A stretch of DNA of 64,000 nt, taken from the NCBI GenBank assembly GCA_951406725.2, contig OX597817.1, positions 58,528,001-58,592,000 of the forward strand, read 5' to 3'. The notes beneath the pieces are model-generated. The model was not told where the DNA came from, made no database searches, and worked only from the letters and a program-made list of their open reading frames with translations. The position numbers and the translations under genes are program-made. This document shows, one piece after another, positions 25,858-41,446 of this stretch. This stretch comes from Octopus vulgaris. Its lineage: Eukaryota. Position 1 is the stretch's first letter; every line of letters begins with the position of its first letter.

Positions 25858-26293
25858 CCTTATCAAGTCCTGTCATTACCCACAACTCCCTTGTCTGGTT
25901 GTTCGTTCATGTGTTGCCACGACAAGTGTTTCTGTCCAGTCACGCTCATTGATTTTACCACAATCCCTGAATCTTGCTAAAGTACTCCTCAAGGTTAACT
26001 CTGGTTCATCTATTGTGATTTTTATGTCTGTTTTCATTAGGTTCATTGTTAAGTGTCGGGTCAAGCGTACAGTAATGTTGTTGCGGTTGGGGTGTTTACT
26101 TGAGCGTTTCCATGGTGATGTCTGTACTCTTCATCATTATTCGAATTTCGATCTTGTTTCTAGTTTGGTTGTAATGTTGTTTTCTTTATGTATGTTATGT
26201 ATGTATGTATGGAGCTGGTTCAACCCACCCCTGGTGAATGCCGGCGCCAGTTCAAGTACATGTTTACGGAGTTATTGGCTACATTTTTCTTCT
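25858..26293 (-). repeat. Right arm of the 436-bp inverted repeat
   Basis: See 23529-23964. Confidence 0.95.
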
Positions 26294-26579
26294 TTATTCT
26301 TTTGTGTTGAATGTTTATATAATAATGTTTTTTTAACCTTGGAATTTCAACATGTATGTATGTATGTCATTATTCAGTTTATTTCAAGATTTCTTGCTAA
26401 AAGAGAAAGAACCGGTTTCTAACCTAGATCCAAGGTTCCTTCATTGGAATTTCAACATCAACGATAGGGTATTTTGTATGCATGCATATATGTATGTATG
26501 TATATATATATATGTATCTATGTAAGTATGTGCAGATTTGTGTTTTATGTATGTATGTCTCTTCTATTTTTTAATATTT

Positions 26580-28356
26580 ATTATAAATCTTCCACTGAGG
26601 AGGGAGCGGGTTTCCTACAAAGATACTAGGCTCCATCTTTGGGATGTAGTTAACACAGACAAATTCACATTTGGAACTTGAGAAAATCTTGCATATTTTT
26701 ACTGTTCCACTCCCAGATTGGACTTGTACGAATCAGCCGGTCAATTTCTCTTTCTGAAAATCCCAGTTTATTCAGATTCTTCTTTAAGCATTTACTAACA
26801 AGACCTAGTTCTCCAATTATTATTGGTATGAATATGAATTCATAGTCTGAATATAGAAGCTGGAGGTTTCGAAGCAGTTATCCATAGATATCCTCTTTCC
26901 CTTTGGTTTTCAAAAAGCTATTTATATCTGCAAGGCTGCTGACCTCTATGATGGTTCATACCTTTGCCCCTCTGTCCAAACAACAATATCTGGTCTGTTA
27001 TGTTTACATTTGACAGAAGTTTTGATGGCAATATTCCACTAGTATTCTTTGAGTTGGTGTTTATGAATGTATTTCCATAACAGAGGAATTTTCTAAGTTT
27101 ATTTTAGGACAGTCTTTTTTGCGGATGGCATTGTAAACTGTTTTAGCTACAACATCGTACCGCATAGGGAGGTAGTACCGTCTCGACGTTTTAGGACAGC
27201 TGCTAATCACATGCATAATGTCTTCCACAGAAACATGACATAGCCTAGACATGCAGTTGCACCCTGAGATTCCAAGAGCGTCACTGTCTCTCTTGTTCGT
27301 CAGGTACTTTGCGAACACATGGCCTTCAAAGTGTGATGTAGTGGTCTTGTGTCCAAGAGAAATTACGCTTCGTGTCAATTCTAGTGTCTTCTTCAAGCTT
27401 TCGGGCAACATGCCCATACATGGTCTTTTGGTTTTGTATGCTGAATGCTTTCCATCCACGTCTTCTCTGAGGTAAGAGAGCCCAGCTGTTTTGGGGCTGT
27501 ATAAGAGATCAAGAAGAGAGTGTTTCTTGAGGAGTTCCCTGCCAACTCGTACAATGTTGCTCACTTCACTTTTCAGCACTGAATCTATATATATATTTTT
27601 GCTACTGTTGTTTAGCAGGTTTTGCCTGAGTGATACCATACGTCATTCGAAGGCCATCTGCACTGATCTCAACTCTCAATCTCTCTGCACTGATCTCAAC
27701 CATCTTCATTTCTTAGAACTTGGCAACATCACTGTTTCTGTGGAAGTTCCCAGTTGTTGTCAGGATTTTGCGGGTTTTGATATTTATGGAGTGGATTTTC
27801 TCTACGGACCAATCAAGTATCCCAAATGTTGGGATCAGCACTGGTACTGCAAATGCATTGTGGGATATTGCCTTGTTGTAAGAGGAGGGTTCCGATTGCC
27901 ATATTCTCCTACGTCTGGTGTAATATTTTCGGGTCGATGTATCTTCATTCACAGTGCCTTCATTTGATACATTTTCGTCTATGCCTAGGTACTTGTAACA
28001 TTCTTTGTGTGGAATGATGGAAACAGAGAGACCGTTGATGCACAGGTTTGGGGTTTGGGGGATTGACTTTCCTCGATCTGTAACCAAATATGAACATTTC
28101 TTTTGGCCAAATTCTATGCCTATATCAGCTGAAAATGTTGATATTAATTACAATTGTTTTTGGCATTGTTATCACTTTTAGCATAAATCTTCAAGACGTC
28201 TGCAAAGAAATTATGAGTTACATTGATATTTCTAACAGTTCAAGAACCTAGCCTGTAACCATTTGTTCTCTGCAATAGGAATGATAATGGATTCAGTGCC
28301 AACATGAAAGGAAGTACAGAAAGACTCTCTCCCTGGAATATTCCTTTTGAAATGCC
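26580..28356 (-). mobile_element. 5'-truncated RLE-type (R4/NeSL-like) LINE, degenerate
   Basis: GIFQGESLSVLPF, THNFFAD, YKYLGIDE, CCHC knuckle SRLCHVSVEDIMHVISSC, KCKHNRPDIVVW endonuclease; frameshifts. Confidence 0.85.
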
Positions 28357-28426
28357 TATACTATCATAGTATTATGTACGTATGTATGTACGTATGTAAG
28401 TATGTATGTATGTAAGTATGTATGTA

Positions 28427-28466
<40 letters not shown>

Positions 28467-29535
28467 CACACATATATATGCATATACGTATGTATGTATG
28501 TATGTATTATGCATATATGAATGTATGCATGTGTGCAACGATATACGTATATGTGTAATGTGCGTATGTATGAATGTATGTTTGAATGTATTGTCTGTGT
28601 ACATATGTATTATGTATGTGTGTATGTGTATGTTTGTAAGTACAATTGTGTCCACCTGTAATCTTTCAAAGAGGATTTGTAAGTTGGGTTTAACGATGGC
28701 ATCTGATAGATATTTTGTTTTTATATGGGGTATCAGTGTATAGAAGATGAATTCCTCAACTAATATGTAAACTATATCAGTTAAGAAAAAAAAATTATAC
28801 TTATTTTAGCGTTACTTCCGGCATAACCCTCGTATCATTAATATTACAGAGATTATTTCTCTGTTATTATTGGGATTCACCACATATTGGTTATCTTTAT
28901 CTTCAGATCTTTAAAAATAAGATAATTTTCCCGCTTTATTTTATGGATATAGTGTCGTCTGTTGGAATTGGTTATATCGGGGTTAAGCTGAGTCGACAAG
29001 CAAAAGCATCGCAACTGATATGCTAGCAGAGAAAAATAGCACTCGAACATGGCTTTGACACAAAGCATTGCTCGGTTTAAGCTAGGTTGTGTTCTCTTAC
29101 ACACGTGAACGCCGGTTTACAGAATTGGGATGAAAAGAGTGACAGCAGGGCAATGTGCAAACAAAACCATAGTTTAGATTTTGATGGGTGTATACTATAC
29201 GTTTTCAAGCAGAATTATAAAAACTTTTAGCAATACATTTTCCAAGACTTTGAGGGAAGTGGCAAACCTACTGCAATTATTGCCAGAGGAAGTGGAGTAT
29301 TGCAAAGAGTCGATAATATAAGGGAAACGGCGAGTAGCTGTGTGAGGAGACGAGCGCTAGATTTGGATGAGATACGCAACAAGATTCTCATTCATGAGCC
29401 AGTCTTGTTGACTACGATCATAAAAAGTATCCATCGTAACTGACAACATATTAGCAGCATCTACAGTGAACGGTTGAGAATTTGGGGCTTGGAACTCTAC
29501 TAAATGCAGTGTTATAGATTTTTGACCAATATTCT

Positions 29536-29767
29536 TATTTCTTTACTACCCACAAGGGGCTAAACATAGAGGGGGCAAACAAGGACAGACAAAGGGATTA
29601 AGTCGATTACATCGACCCCAGTGTGTAACTGGTACTTAATTTATCGACCCCGAAAGGATGAAAGGCAAAGTCGACCTCGGCGGAATTTGAACTCAAAACG
29701 TAACGGCAGACGAAATACCGCTGAGCATTTCGCCCGGTGTGCTAACGTTTCTACCAGCTCGCCGCCT
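29536..29767 (-). mobile_element. SINE-B monomer
   Basis: Family-B similarity. Confidence 0.85.
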
Positions 29768-29904
29768 TCAATATTTTTGGCCAATATTCTTACAAAAAGA
29801 ATCTGGATGGAGTGACTGTATTGCAAGGTGGCGTCAATTGAGTAAACTGCGAGTTGCATGAGAATAGGTGGTATTGTGTGTTATAGTATCAGCTGCATGT
29901 GAAG

Positions 29905-30215
29905 ACACGTGGCTCAGTGGTCAGGGCGTTCGGCACATAATCGTAAGATCGTGCGTTTGATCCCTGGCCGCCGTCGTTTCCTTGAGCAAGGTACTATATT
30001 TCACGTTGCTCCGGTCAACACAGCTGGCAAAATTGAGTAGCAACTGGATTTTAAATGGCCAGCGTTGTCATATTCTGTGGCAACGTTGAACCTCCTTAAG
30101 AACTACGTTAAGGGTCTGTGGAGTGCTCAGCCACTTGCACGTTAATTACACGAGCAGGCTGTTCTGTGGATCATATCAACTGGAACCCTCGTCGTCGTAA
30201 CTGACGGAGTGCTAG
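29905..30215 (+). mobile_element. tRNA-derived SINE (family C-related)
   Basis: GTGGCTCAGTGGTCAG A-box, GTTTGATCCC B-box, CCTTGAGCAAGG body. Confidence 0.65.
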
Positions 30216-31092
30216 TATCAGATGTCCATCATCATCATCATCATCGTCATCACGACAACTTGCAGAATCATTAAGGATCGGAAAAATGGCTTGCGGTAAT
30301 TGTTCTCACTCTTGGTGTTCTGAGTTCGAGTCACGCCTAGGTTAGGTCATTTTTAATTTTAATTTTCTTTTGCGATCGATAAAATAAAGAACCATTCAAA
30401 TAGTGAATTCGATGGTTTTCACTTGCTCTCTCTCTCTATATATATATATATATCTCCCTCCCTCTTTCCTCAACGTCACCTACCTTGTGCTTAAACAACA
30501 ATTCCTTAAAAACCCAAAGAAGGGATGGTGTCGTAGAAATAACAGAATCCAGGATTAAACAGCATTGCAGTATTTAGTTTTATCTCATAGCATTCTGCAA
30601 AGATCGATAAAGTAATTATTGATCATGTTTTTGAGAAAAATTCATTGATTGACATGTCACTTTGACATATTTGTAAACTTGAGAATTGACAGACGAAGAC
30701 TGTATTTTAGGAGTTATTCATCAGAAGTTCATTCTTATTAACAACAATTTAATTAATTCCAGACATGCGCAGACATGGCTTTGTGGTTAAGGAGCTGGTT
30801 ATGCAATCGTGTGGTTTCGGGTTCAGTGCCACTGCGCAGAAATGGGGCAAGTGTCTGCTACTATAGTCCCATCCAGGGCGACTAATGATTTGTATGTGAA
30901 TTTAGTTGTTGGAAACTATGTAGAAGCCCCGTATATTTGTCTGTGTCTGTATATCTCTGTCAGTATTTGTTTCGACTGACAACCGATGATGGCTTGTTTA
31001 CGTCCCCGTAACATTAGCTGTTTGGCAAAAGAGTCCGGTACAATAAATACTTGACTTAAAAAAGTAAACATTAGGGTCGATTGCACATTGAA

Positions 31093-32273
31093 ATTTAATC
31101 ATCAATGTACTTTCCCTGATTATCTATGACTTCCTTCCATCTATTTACAAGCTTTTCAATCCCATCAATGTAAAACTCTTTTGGTTTCAAAGCGAAGAGC
31201 TCTGAAATGCCAGTTTTGACCTCCTCCTGGCTTGCGAAAGTTATGTCCCCGTAATGATTCTGTAAACTACGAAACAAATGGTAGTCTGAAGGAGCAAGGT
31301 CTGGAGAATAAGGTGGATGAGGAATTTTTTCCCAACCAAGCTCTTCGATCTTCTGTGATGTGATCTTTGCAGTGTGGGGTCACGCATTGTCCTGATGAAC
31401 CACCACTCCTTTCCGATTCACTTCAGCAGGGTTTCTTTTCTTCAAAGCCTGGTTCAAATACTCTAATTGCTGACACTAGACTTGAGCATTGATTGTTGCA
31501 TTAAGTGGTAACAGTTGAAAGTGAATTACTCCTTCGCAATCCAACAAGATAGAGAAAAGAACCTTTTTCCTATGAAGCTCCATTCTCGGTTGTGGTTGAG
31601 CTTTTTCCCTTTTACCAAGCCACTGTTTACGACGTTTAACATTTCGACAGAAGATCCATTTTTCGTCACCAGTCACAAGTCTATCCAAAAAGGGTGAAAA
31701 TGGGTTCGCGAGAACGGAGAGAAGAGCAGATGTCAACTCAGGATTTGCGGTTGCTTTCGGACAATTCATGAGGTACCCATTTTCCAAGCTTAGGAACCTT
31801 TCCAAGTTGTTGAAGATGACGATGGTATGAACTAAGTTTTATTGTCAATTCATCAACTGATAACGCAGGATTTTCTTCAAGTAATACCTCGAGGAGCTTA
31901 TCATCAAATTCAACTGGACGTCCTGTTCGATCTTCATCTTCAAGTCTGAAATCTCCACTTCTGAATTTTGAAAGCCATCTTCTGCAAGTTATTTCATTCA
32001 AGTATTCTGTCCTATAAACTGAGTGTATGTTTCGAGTCGCTTCAGTTGCAGAATTTCATTTTTTGTATGCGCTTTGGATACTTCCATGTTAGTAAGGGTT
32101 TTAACCAAAGAAATTTTAATTCTATTATTCAGTAAAATAATATTTAATTAGTTGAAATGTACACAAATGCATAAAAATAATTTTTAATTCCAATAGACAT
32201 TCTAAAATACTATTAAATTTCATTAAATTTTAAAAAATGTAAAATTGGACAGAACTTATGGGATGACCTGATA
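31093..32273 (-). mobile_element. mariner (Tc1/mariner) transposon relic with disrupted transposase; one TIR lost
   Basis: WVPHEL, LVTGDEKW, HQDNA, HPPYSPDLAPSDYHLFRSLQN motifs across frameshifts; end TATCAGGTCATCCCATAAGTTCTGTCC at 32273. Confidence 0.92.
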
Positions 32274-32332
32274 GACTAGAAATATGGTTTTCTTCCTAAA
32301 ATATTTTTAGTGTTTATTTTTGAAAAATGTAT

Positions 32333-32990
32333 AGGCGCAGGAGTGGCTGTGTGGTTACCAAACACATGGTTCTGGGTTCAGTACCACAGCGTGGCACCTT
32401 GGGCACGTGTCTTCTACTGTAGCCTCGGACCGACCAAAGCCTTGAGTGGATTTGGTGGACGGAAACTGAAAGACCGTCGTATATATGTGTGTGTGTTTGT
32501 GTATCTGTGTTTTTCCCCTATCATCGCTTGACAACCGATGTGTGTGTGCGTGTGTGTGTGTGTGTGTGTGTTTGCCCCCTCCCCCCACCATCGCTCGACA
32601 TGTGTCTGTATGTATGTGTGTGATTGTGTAGTAAGAAGTTTGCTTCTCAACAACATGGTTCCGGGTTCAGTCCCACCGCGTAGCACCTTGGGCAAGTGTC
32701 TTCTACTATAGCCTCGGGCCGACCAAAGCCTTGTGAGTGGATTTGGCAGACGGAAGCTGAAAGAACCCCATCATATATATATATATATATCTGTGAGTGT
32801 GTCTGTGTTTGTCCCCCTTCACCGCTTGACAACCGGCGTTAGTGTGTTTACGTCTCCGTAACTTAGCGATTCGGAAGAAAAGTCCGATAGAATAAGTACC
32901 AGGCTTTAAAGAAAAAAAAAACCCTTCAAGGCGGTGCCCCAGCATGGCCGCAGTCCAATAACTGAAACAAGTCAAAAATAAAAGATAAAA
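32333..32990 (+). mobile_element. Two tandem or nested SINE-A copies
   Basis: Family-A heads at 32333 and about 32620. Confidence 0.8.
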
Positions 32991-33594
32991 GACACTACAA
33001 AAAAACCCAAAAAAAGTCCTCTTCAGCATTAGATTGGTACTTTACTCGACCGACGCCGGAGGGATAAAGGGTAAAGCTGACCTAGGCAGGATTTGAAACT
33101 CGAACGCAGAGAACCAAAAGGATACCGAATAGCAGTTCTTCTGATCCGCAGAAGATTCTGCCAGCTCGTGCCTTTCAAAGAAGTGACGGTACCCCAGCAT
33201 GGCCGCAGCCCAATGACTGAAACAAGTAAAAGATAAAAGAACGCTCGTGTAGCTCTAAATATCTTGATAAAGGCAGGATGATCACGATCGGATTGTCATT
33301 GATCTTTAGTCGATAACTCAATCTATCCTTTCTACTATGAGCACAAGGCCCGAAACTTCAAGGGAAGGGACAAGTCGATTATATCGACCCCAGAACTCGA
33401 CTGGTACATATTTTATTGACCCCGAAAGGCAAATCGACTCCAGCGGAGTTTGAACTCAGAACGTGAAGATGGACGAAATGCCCCTAAGCAGTTTGCTAAT
33501 CACTCGGCCATCTCGCCGCCTACCGTGACTCCATCAATGTTAACTCTAAAACAAACGTATAGCAAACATTGACAACAATTATCAAACATGCAAA

Positions 33595-34222
<628 letters not shown>

Positions 34223-34563
34223 CAACTGAGGCAGTATTTAATTAAAATTTGTCTTCAATGTACCATAATTAACGTGTAGACATTATGTATGAAACAAAGA
34301 TACGTGCGTGCGTGCGTGTGTGCCTGCGCGTGTGTTTATCCCCCTCCCACCCTTCAAGCGCTTTTTGGGTTGTTTACTTCCCCGTAACAAAGTAGTTCAG
34401 CAAAATAAACCGGTCTAAAAAGCACCAAACTGAAAAACAAGCCCAAGGGTCAATTTGTTCGAGTAAAATCCTTGGAGACGATGCCTCCAGCATGGCCACA
34501 GTCCAATGACTGAAACAAGTAAAGAAAAAAAAACATAAAATGTGAAAGGTAAATGTATTTAAA

Positions 34564-34572
34564 ACTTACCTG
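34564..34572 (-). other. Candidate splice donor of an upstream non-coding exon
   Basis: Perfect consensus CAG|GTAAGT on the minus strand in unique sequence; no transcript support. Confidence 0.2.
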
Positions 34573-34707
34573 TTTAAACTTAATTAGGAAACGACTTCAC
34601 CAACACCGAACACGAGTAAATTCCATTCTTATGTTCTTAGGTGGATCTTCTTAATTTTCTTGTCTTTCTTTTTCTTTCTTTCAAAATGAGTTTCTAGATT
34701 ATTATTA

Positions 34708-34786
<79 letters not shown>

Positions 34787-35501
34787 CAATGTTATTTCCG
34801 TCCTATTCTATTATTCTCCTGTTATCCTTCTATTGTTCCTCCATTATTCCCACGCGTGCAAATCAACGGACGGTGCCTCTGAATGCTAAACACAGCAGCC
34901 ATGCAAATCCCTCTCACATCACGCATTACTGATCTTCAAAATAGAAATCTAAAAGAATATAAATAAATAGCGGTCATTACTGGATATGGTATTTCCGGGT
35001 AGGATTCGACACGATGGTCACGGCTAGCATGTGTTCGACTAGGGATGACCTGGGAATAAACTATAGCAATAATAACAACATCGACTGTTCGAATGACATC
35101 ACTAAATGTGAAAGACTGGGCAACAAACAGAACGGTTTTATACCAGACGACAGTGAAGTCAGGCGTGACTGATACGGACACACAGACATATAAACACACG
35201 CATACACACGCATGCACATACAAGTAGACGCATACATACATATGCACACATACACACGAATGCATACGAGCGCGCAAAAACACTCACTCATACAGACGGG
35301 CGTCCACAGACATACACATAATACTCAAACACAAACACACCCATACACACAGACGCGCATACACGCACATACTCGCATGCAAACGCACTCACACATACAC
35401 ACACACACGTACTCACATACATACGCATACACACACACATACATATGCGTATACACACTCACTACTGACGTTAAAGTATATTCCCATTGATATTTATTCT
35501 G

Positions 35502-35506
<5 letters not shown>

Positions 35507-35565
<59 letters not shown>

Positions 35566-35647
35566 GCATATGCACACATACATATGCAGGTGTCTATGTT
35601 TGTATTCATATATACATACAAACCTGTATGCATAGATCCATACATAA

Positions 35648-35706
<59 letters not shown>

Positions 35707-35738
35707 CTTATATATATATATATACTTATATATATATA

Positions 35739-35823
<85 letters not shown>

Positions 35824-35874
35824 GTATACTTATATATATATACTTATATATATATATACTTATATATATATATA

Positions 35875-35911
<37 letters not shown>

Positions 35912-36296
35912 TTATATATATTTATTTATGCACAGCCACACACACACACATATACACGCATTCATCCATCCAACCGGTCATACATACTTCTCCTCAGAGT
36001 AGTATTGGTCTTGTTTGTGTCATTTTCTTTTCCCCAGTCATTGAACTACGCTAACGAGGGACATCCCCGTCTAGCAATCGATTTGCTTGTAGAGACTGCT
36101 GATGTATCTATCGATCTATCCACATATATGCATACGTACATACACACACACACACATACACAGTTACATATATCTATCGATGAGTGTGCGTCTGTGTGTG
36201 TGTGTGCGGTTATACTTGCATGCATATATATATATCTATATATATATATATATACACGCGCACATATATATATACATATTTATATATGTATATATC

Positions 36297-36372
<76 letters not shown>
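35507..36372. repeat. Long interrupted (TA)n/(CA)n field
   Basis: Direct reading; source of the YIYI ORFs. Confidence 0.9.
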
Positions 36373-36375
<3 letters not shown>

Positions 36376-36992
36376 CATGCATATATATGAACACACACTC
36401 ACACATTAATAGATAGGTTTGTGTGTAAAGCCGTCGCAGTCTGGTGTGAATTTAGAATTACACACACACACACACACACACATTATACACACACATATAC
36501 AAATATGTGTAGATATATATTATATTTCTGTTGACGCATTTATCTGCCGATGTATCAAGCTATTGATCCACGTACCCAAAGAATAGTCACTCAAATATTT
36601 ATGTCCAGCAGTGACGTTGTTTTGACGTGATTAATTTAAGGTCCATTCTTTTGCATTTGTGTAAATCCCATACACCATAAAGTCATAGCACCGACCACTT
36701 GAATTTTGGTTTCCACTCAGGGATTGAAACCCTCATCTCGAGCAGATCTGTAGTAGAGAGGGAATGACATTTGGGTGGTTGCAAATGACGATGAAAGGAC
36801 TTTCACAAACTTTATCCACTAACTGACCGAACGATTAATCAAGCAGTCGACTATTTAATTCATTAAATGGTTTTCCAATTAAGAAAACAAAAATAACAGA
36901 GAAGTGAAATACCACCTGTGCGTGTGTTTATTATTGGTATAATGACTCTTCCTAAATACAATAATATGTACGTGTGTGTATATATACATATC

Positions 36993-37046
<54 letters not shown>

Positions 37047-37227
37047 CAAATACAAAGCCATATACGCATACAGTGACATACATACATGCACGAAGATATG
37101 AGTTTGAAAAGCTATAAATAGTGAAAGCGCTTGCACAAAAGCTTCCTTCCATCAGGATTTCGTAGAAATAGTAATCTTTCCTCGAAGGAAGTCTCTCTAC
37201 TGTGTACCTGTTTGCCTGTCTCTATAA

Positions 37228-37310
<83 letters not shown>

Positions 37311-38012
37311 TAGACACACATACACACACACACACACACATATATAAAGGTTCAATCATAAAACTTATATTTTGTTAATAATGAGTTGTTTTGCGTAGGA
37401 AATCAAATTCAGCAATTTCTCAAAGTAATTTCAAAATTCCAATAGCTAGAAAGAATAATTCGCGAATAATGGCACTTTTCCTGTTTCGTTGTTTTGCCGC
37501 TAAAATACATAAATAAAGGACCACTTCTTCAGGATTCAGGTTTCCAACAGGTCGTCTGTTCAACAGGATTGAGGTAAATCATAATCACCTTCGACCAGGG
37601 TGATTATTTGTATCGTTCATAGGTTGCGTTATACCAATTTGAAGCAGTTTTAACGCTTCTAAGAAAGCATTGCTGTAGCGATGTCGAATCTTATGTATAA
37701 TCCCGGTTGCTCAGTTCAAAATGTATGACTTAAGCTGGATAAAACGCTTTGCGCTGATGTCATCTGCTTTAAGGTCACCCAAGTCCAGAGGATGTGTCTC
37801 TGTTTTGAATTTGAGGCCATCAACGATTAAGAGACTTGACTCTTTGAGGATTAGTATAGGAAAAGCCATTCGTATTCTAATTTTCTGTCCCCAAGCAGCG
37901 TTAGAGCTCTGAGCAAATCTATTCTATAATGGCTGGTGTGGAAAGTCTCATGGCGAAGACAAACACGTATTTCGAATGTTAGGTTTAGTCATACACACGC
38001 GAGCGCGCGCGA

Positions 38013-38043
<31 letters not shown>

Positions 38044-38417
38044 CGATTATACTCACATATACAGTTATATACATATATACGAATGCACACACACGCACAC
38101 ACACACAGCCGTTCAAGAATTTGGACCTGGAGATCTCTATTTCCAGCGACTTCGAGGACCACCTCCCAGTGGTGTCGGACGTCAACAAAGAGCCCTCGAC
38201 TACAAGACGACCAAATTTTTTTATTTTCCAAGGTATGGGGTCTCCCGTCCCTAAGCCCTAGACCATCACCTAATGACCCTTACCCGTCTTGTTGCTTAAC
38301 AACAACAACAACACACACATATATGTATATATACATGTATGTACTAATGCATGTACGAGCTACAAGACTTCTGATGAAGGTACAAGACTTGAAGACTCAA
38401 AGGCTCAAAACTGTTCA

Positions 38418-38687
38418 TACATGTGTGTGTGTATGTATGTATGTATGTATGTATACATGTGTGTATACATGTGTGTGTGTATGTATGTATGTATGTATGT
38501 ATGTATACATGTGTGTGTGTATACATGTATACATGTGTGTGTGTATGTATGTATGTATGTATGTATGTATGTATGTATGTATGTATGCATACATACATGT
38601 GTGTGTGTGTATACATGTGTGTGTGTATGTATGTATGTATGTATGTATGTATGTATGTATGTATGTATGTATGCATGTATGTATGTA
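38418..38687. repeat. (TATG)n/(ACATGTGTGT) compound repeat
   Basis: Direct reading. Confidence 0.9.
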
Positions 38688-39364
38688 TAACACTTAATCA
38701 AATACCAGAATGTTGTAGGTCAAGATATAATTCGATGTGCAGTAAGGCATACATATACATGCATGCAACACACATGCACACAATATAAATTGCTTGCAAT
38801 GGTGTACCTATTTTATATATTAAGAAAAAAGAGGCAGAATTTTGGATAATTATTTATTAGTGCTTTCATCTCGCTTGTTACCGAGGTTCATCAGAATTGA
38901 ACTTCTATAGAAAATGTTATGCCTTTCATATAAATCTGGAATTGAATGTTCTCTTGTTATCTAAATATATATCACATTTCCAGCAATTTCTCTTGCTAGT
39001 TGCTTCCAAGTTGGAATCAGTATTATCGATAATGACACGAAATTGCGCTCAACTCCTCTGGCAAACAACTGCTGAGCTGTTGGTGACCGTCTGTGTTTGT
39101 TCTCCTTTTGTCTGTGCATTTAGTATATGTTTTTCAACTTGACTTTCTGAGTCTTTTTCCGTTCGTTTGTTTATTACTATGTATTTTGACTTCTGAATAT
39201 ATATATATATATATATATAAAAAACAAAAGAACATCCACTTTCAGATTTATATAATAGGCATAAAACTTTTTCTGTAAAAAAATCATATCTGATGATTCT
39301 CGGAAACGAATGAGCTGAAAGCGTTAATAAATAATTATCTAAAATTCTCACTACCTTCTTTTTC

Positions 39365-39417
<53 letters not shown>

Positions 39418-39987
39418 CCACTTCCACACATTTTCCGTCTACAAAATTCATTCACAAAGTATTGGTTGGCCCGGGGATATAACAGAAAATACTTGCCCAT
39501 GTAGTGGAACTGAACTGAACCTAAAACCACGTTGCTGCAAACAAGTTTCTTAACTACACAGCCACGCCTACACCTATATATTCTGCATGTAGGCAGCATT
39601 CTGGGACAAATTTCTAATGTTATTATTTTAAAAAAATAATAAACCAGTATATCATTTTCAAACACAAAACTAGATCTTCTAGTCGTTTTGATGTCTTGGA
39701 AGAAATAGTTTGATTGTTTCCCTGATATGGTCTTATAAGCCTGAAATATGTCCGGGGTTGTCGCCATAGCATCCAAAGAAGAGACTCCCCAATCACCACT
39801 GTAATTTTTGATCAACTGAAAATTTAGATGTTCAGTTTTTTTTTTTTTTTTATCGTTTAGTTAGTGATGAAAGGGCTGTGCCCACGACTTTTTGTTGTTC
39901 AGGTTTTCTGTGCGAAGAAAAGGGAAAATAATTCTCAAACCCGGAATCCTGTCCTAAGGCTCAGAACAGACTGAACACCACCTTCAG

Positions 39988-40077
<90 letters not shown>

Positions 40078-40973
40078 TGCACACATATACGCACACAAAT
40101 AAACGTTTTGCTGAAACACATTTTGTTCTTGGAATACAGGTTTTCAGAGGGATCGAATCTCTTTAGAATGCTAGCCTTATCCAATATTAATGTATCGGAG
40201 ACGAGCTGTTACCAACTTCCTGTTTTCAAGTTGGGTTGAATGAGTTAAAAAGCAAACTTACTTGTCAAAGAATACAAAGCAATGGCGGTGTTGAAGAAAC
40301 AAGAGTTTATATTGTTGTAAGAATGCTCGGAAGGAAAGGTTCTGTCCAGTCTGCTTGATTTATTATTCCTTGTGTCTTATTTCAGTTGAGAATAATCGAA
40401 GGGGGAAAATGGCGACTGTTTTGCTAGATGAGAAAAATATTATTCAGAAATACCTTCTGTTCTGAAAGCTTTAAACACGGATATAAACAACGTATTTTAG
40501 TTCGAATATAAATGTAGAAACGAATCAATTGATTGTTCTACTTAAATGCATAAATAGCCAATAACCAATCAATAATGCCCTAAGATTAGCAACTATTATC
40601 CAGGTTGATCGAGTATTTTTTTCTGTTTTGTTAACAAAACTATTTTATTTATGAATTACGAGTGAGCATTTTGTTTAGATACAATGGGTCCCCTGGTGGT
40701 GCTACCAACACAAGATTCACCACAACACAACAAGGGATCGGGTATCCTGAATAGGGTTGATATAAAATACGGGATCCGGTAACTTTATTTAGCTAAAAAT
40801 AGTAGCCAAATATACCTTAAATTTCCTAAGCTGATATATGAAACTATACAGGACAAAGCATTTGATACACAATAAGACGTGATTGCCATGGGGGGAACAC
40901 TTTTTTTATACTCCTGTGATGGAATACGTTCTCTATTCGATCATTCTAACTAGTGTGTGTGTTGTGTGTGTGT

Positions 40974-41035
<62 letters not shown>

Positions 41036-41217
41036 TGTGTGTGTAATTATTTATAATGTGGAGGAAATAAAAAAGAACATAGAAAAAAATCCACAATCTT
41101 ACTATATATATATATATATTGATAAAAACGGTAAGATAACAAAAGAAAGAAGGAGACCTCAATATTATGTAAATAGAGGAATTTATCTGTAAATATAATA
41201 TGTGATAATTATTCGGT

Positions 41218-41288
41218 AGCCATGATAAAACTCCAAGTTTCGGATGCCGAGGTGGAAATCCACACCACCATCTCTTCAGTTATCCGGC
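41218..41288 (-). ncRNA. Type I hammerhead ribozyme (left copy)
   Basis: Minus strand: GCCG-GATAA-CTGAAGA-GATG...CATC-C-GAAAC-TTGGA-GTT|TTATC-A-TGGC. Confidence 0.75.
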
Positions 41289-41376
41289 CATCGGAAAAAT
41301 GCTATGAAAAATAGCGGTCAATAACACAGTAATTTGCCTTTATATAACGGTCATTTTTCATAGCGTTTTTCCGATG

Positions 41377-41446
41377 GCCAGATAACTGAAGAGATGGCGG
41401 CGTGGATTTTCACCTCGGCATCCGAAACTTGGAGTTTTATCTTGGC
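41377..41446 (+). ncRNA. Type I hammerhead ribozyme (right copy)
   Basis: GCCA-GATAA-CTGAAGA(41386)-GATG...CATC-C-GAAAC(41424)-TTGGA-GTT|TTATC-T-TGGC; predicted cleavage after 41436. Confidence 0.78.

Noticed and set aside
38371-38416. CTGATGAAGG...AAAACTGTTC, and CTGATGAAG at 5897
   Set aside because: The GAAA core is missing and stem II is unconvincing; at most decayed relics.
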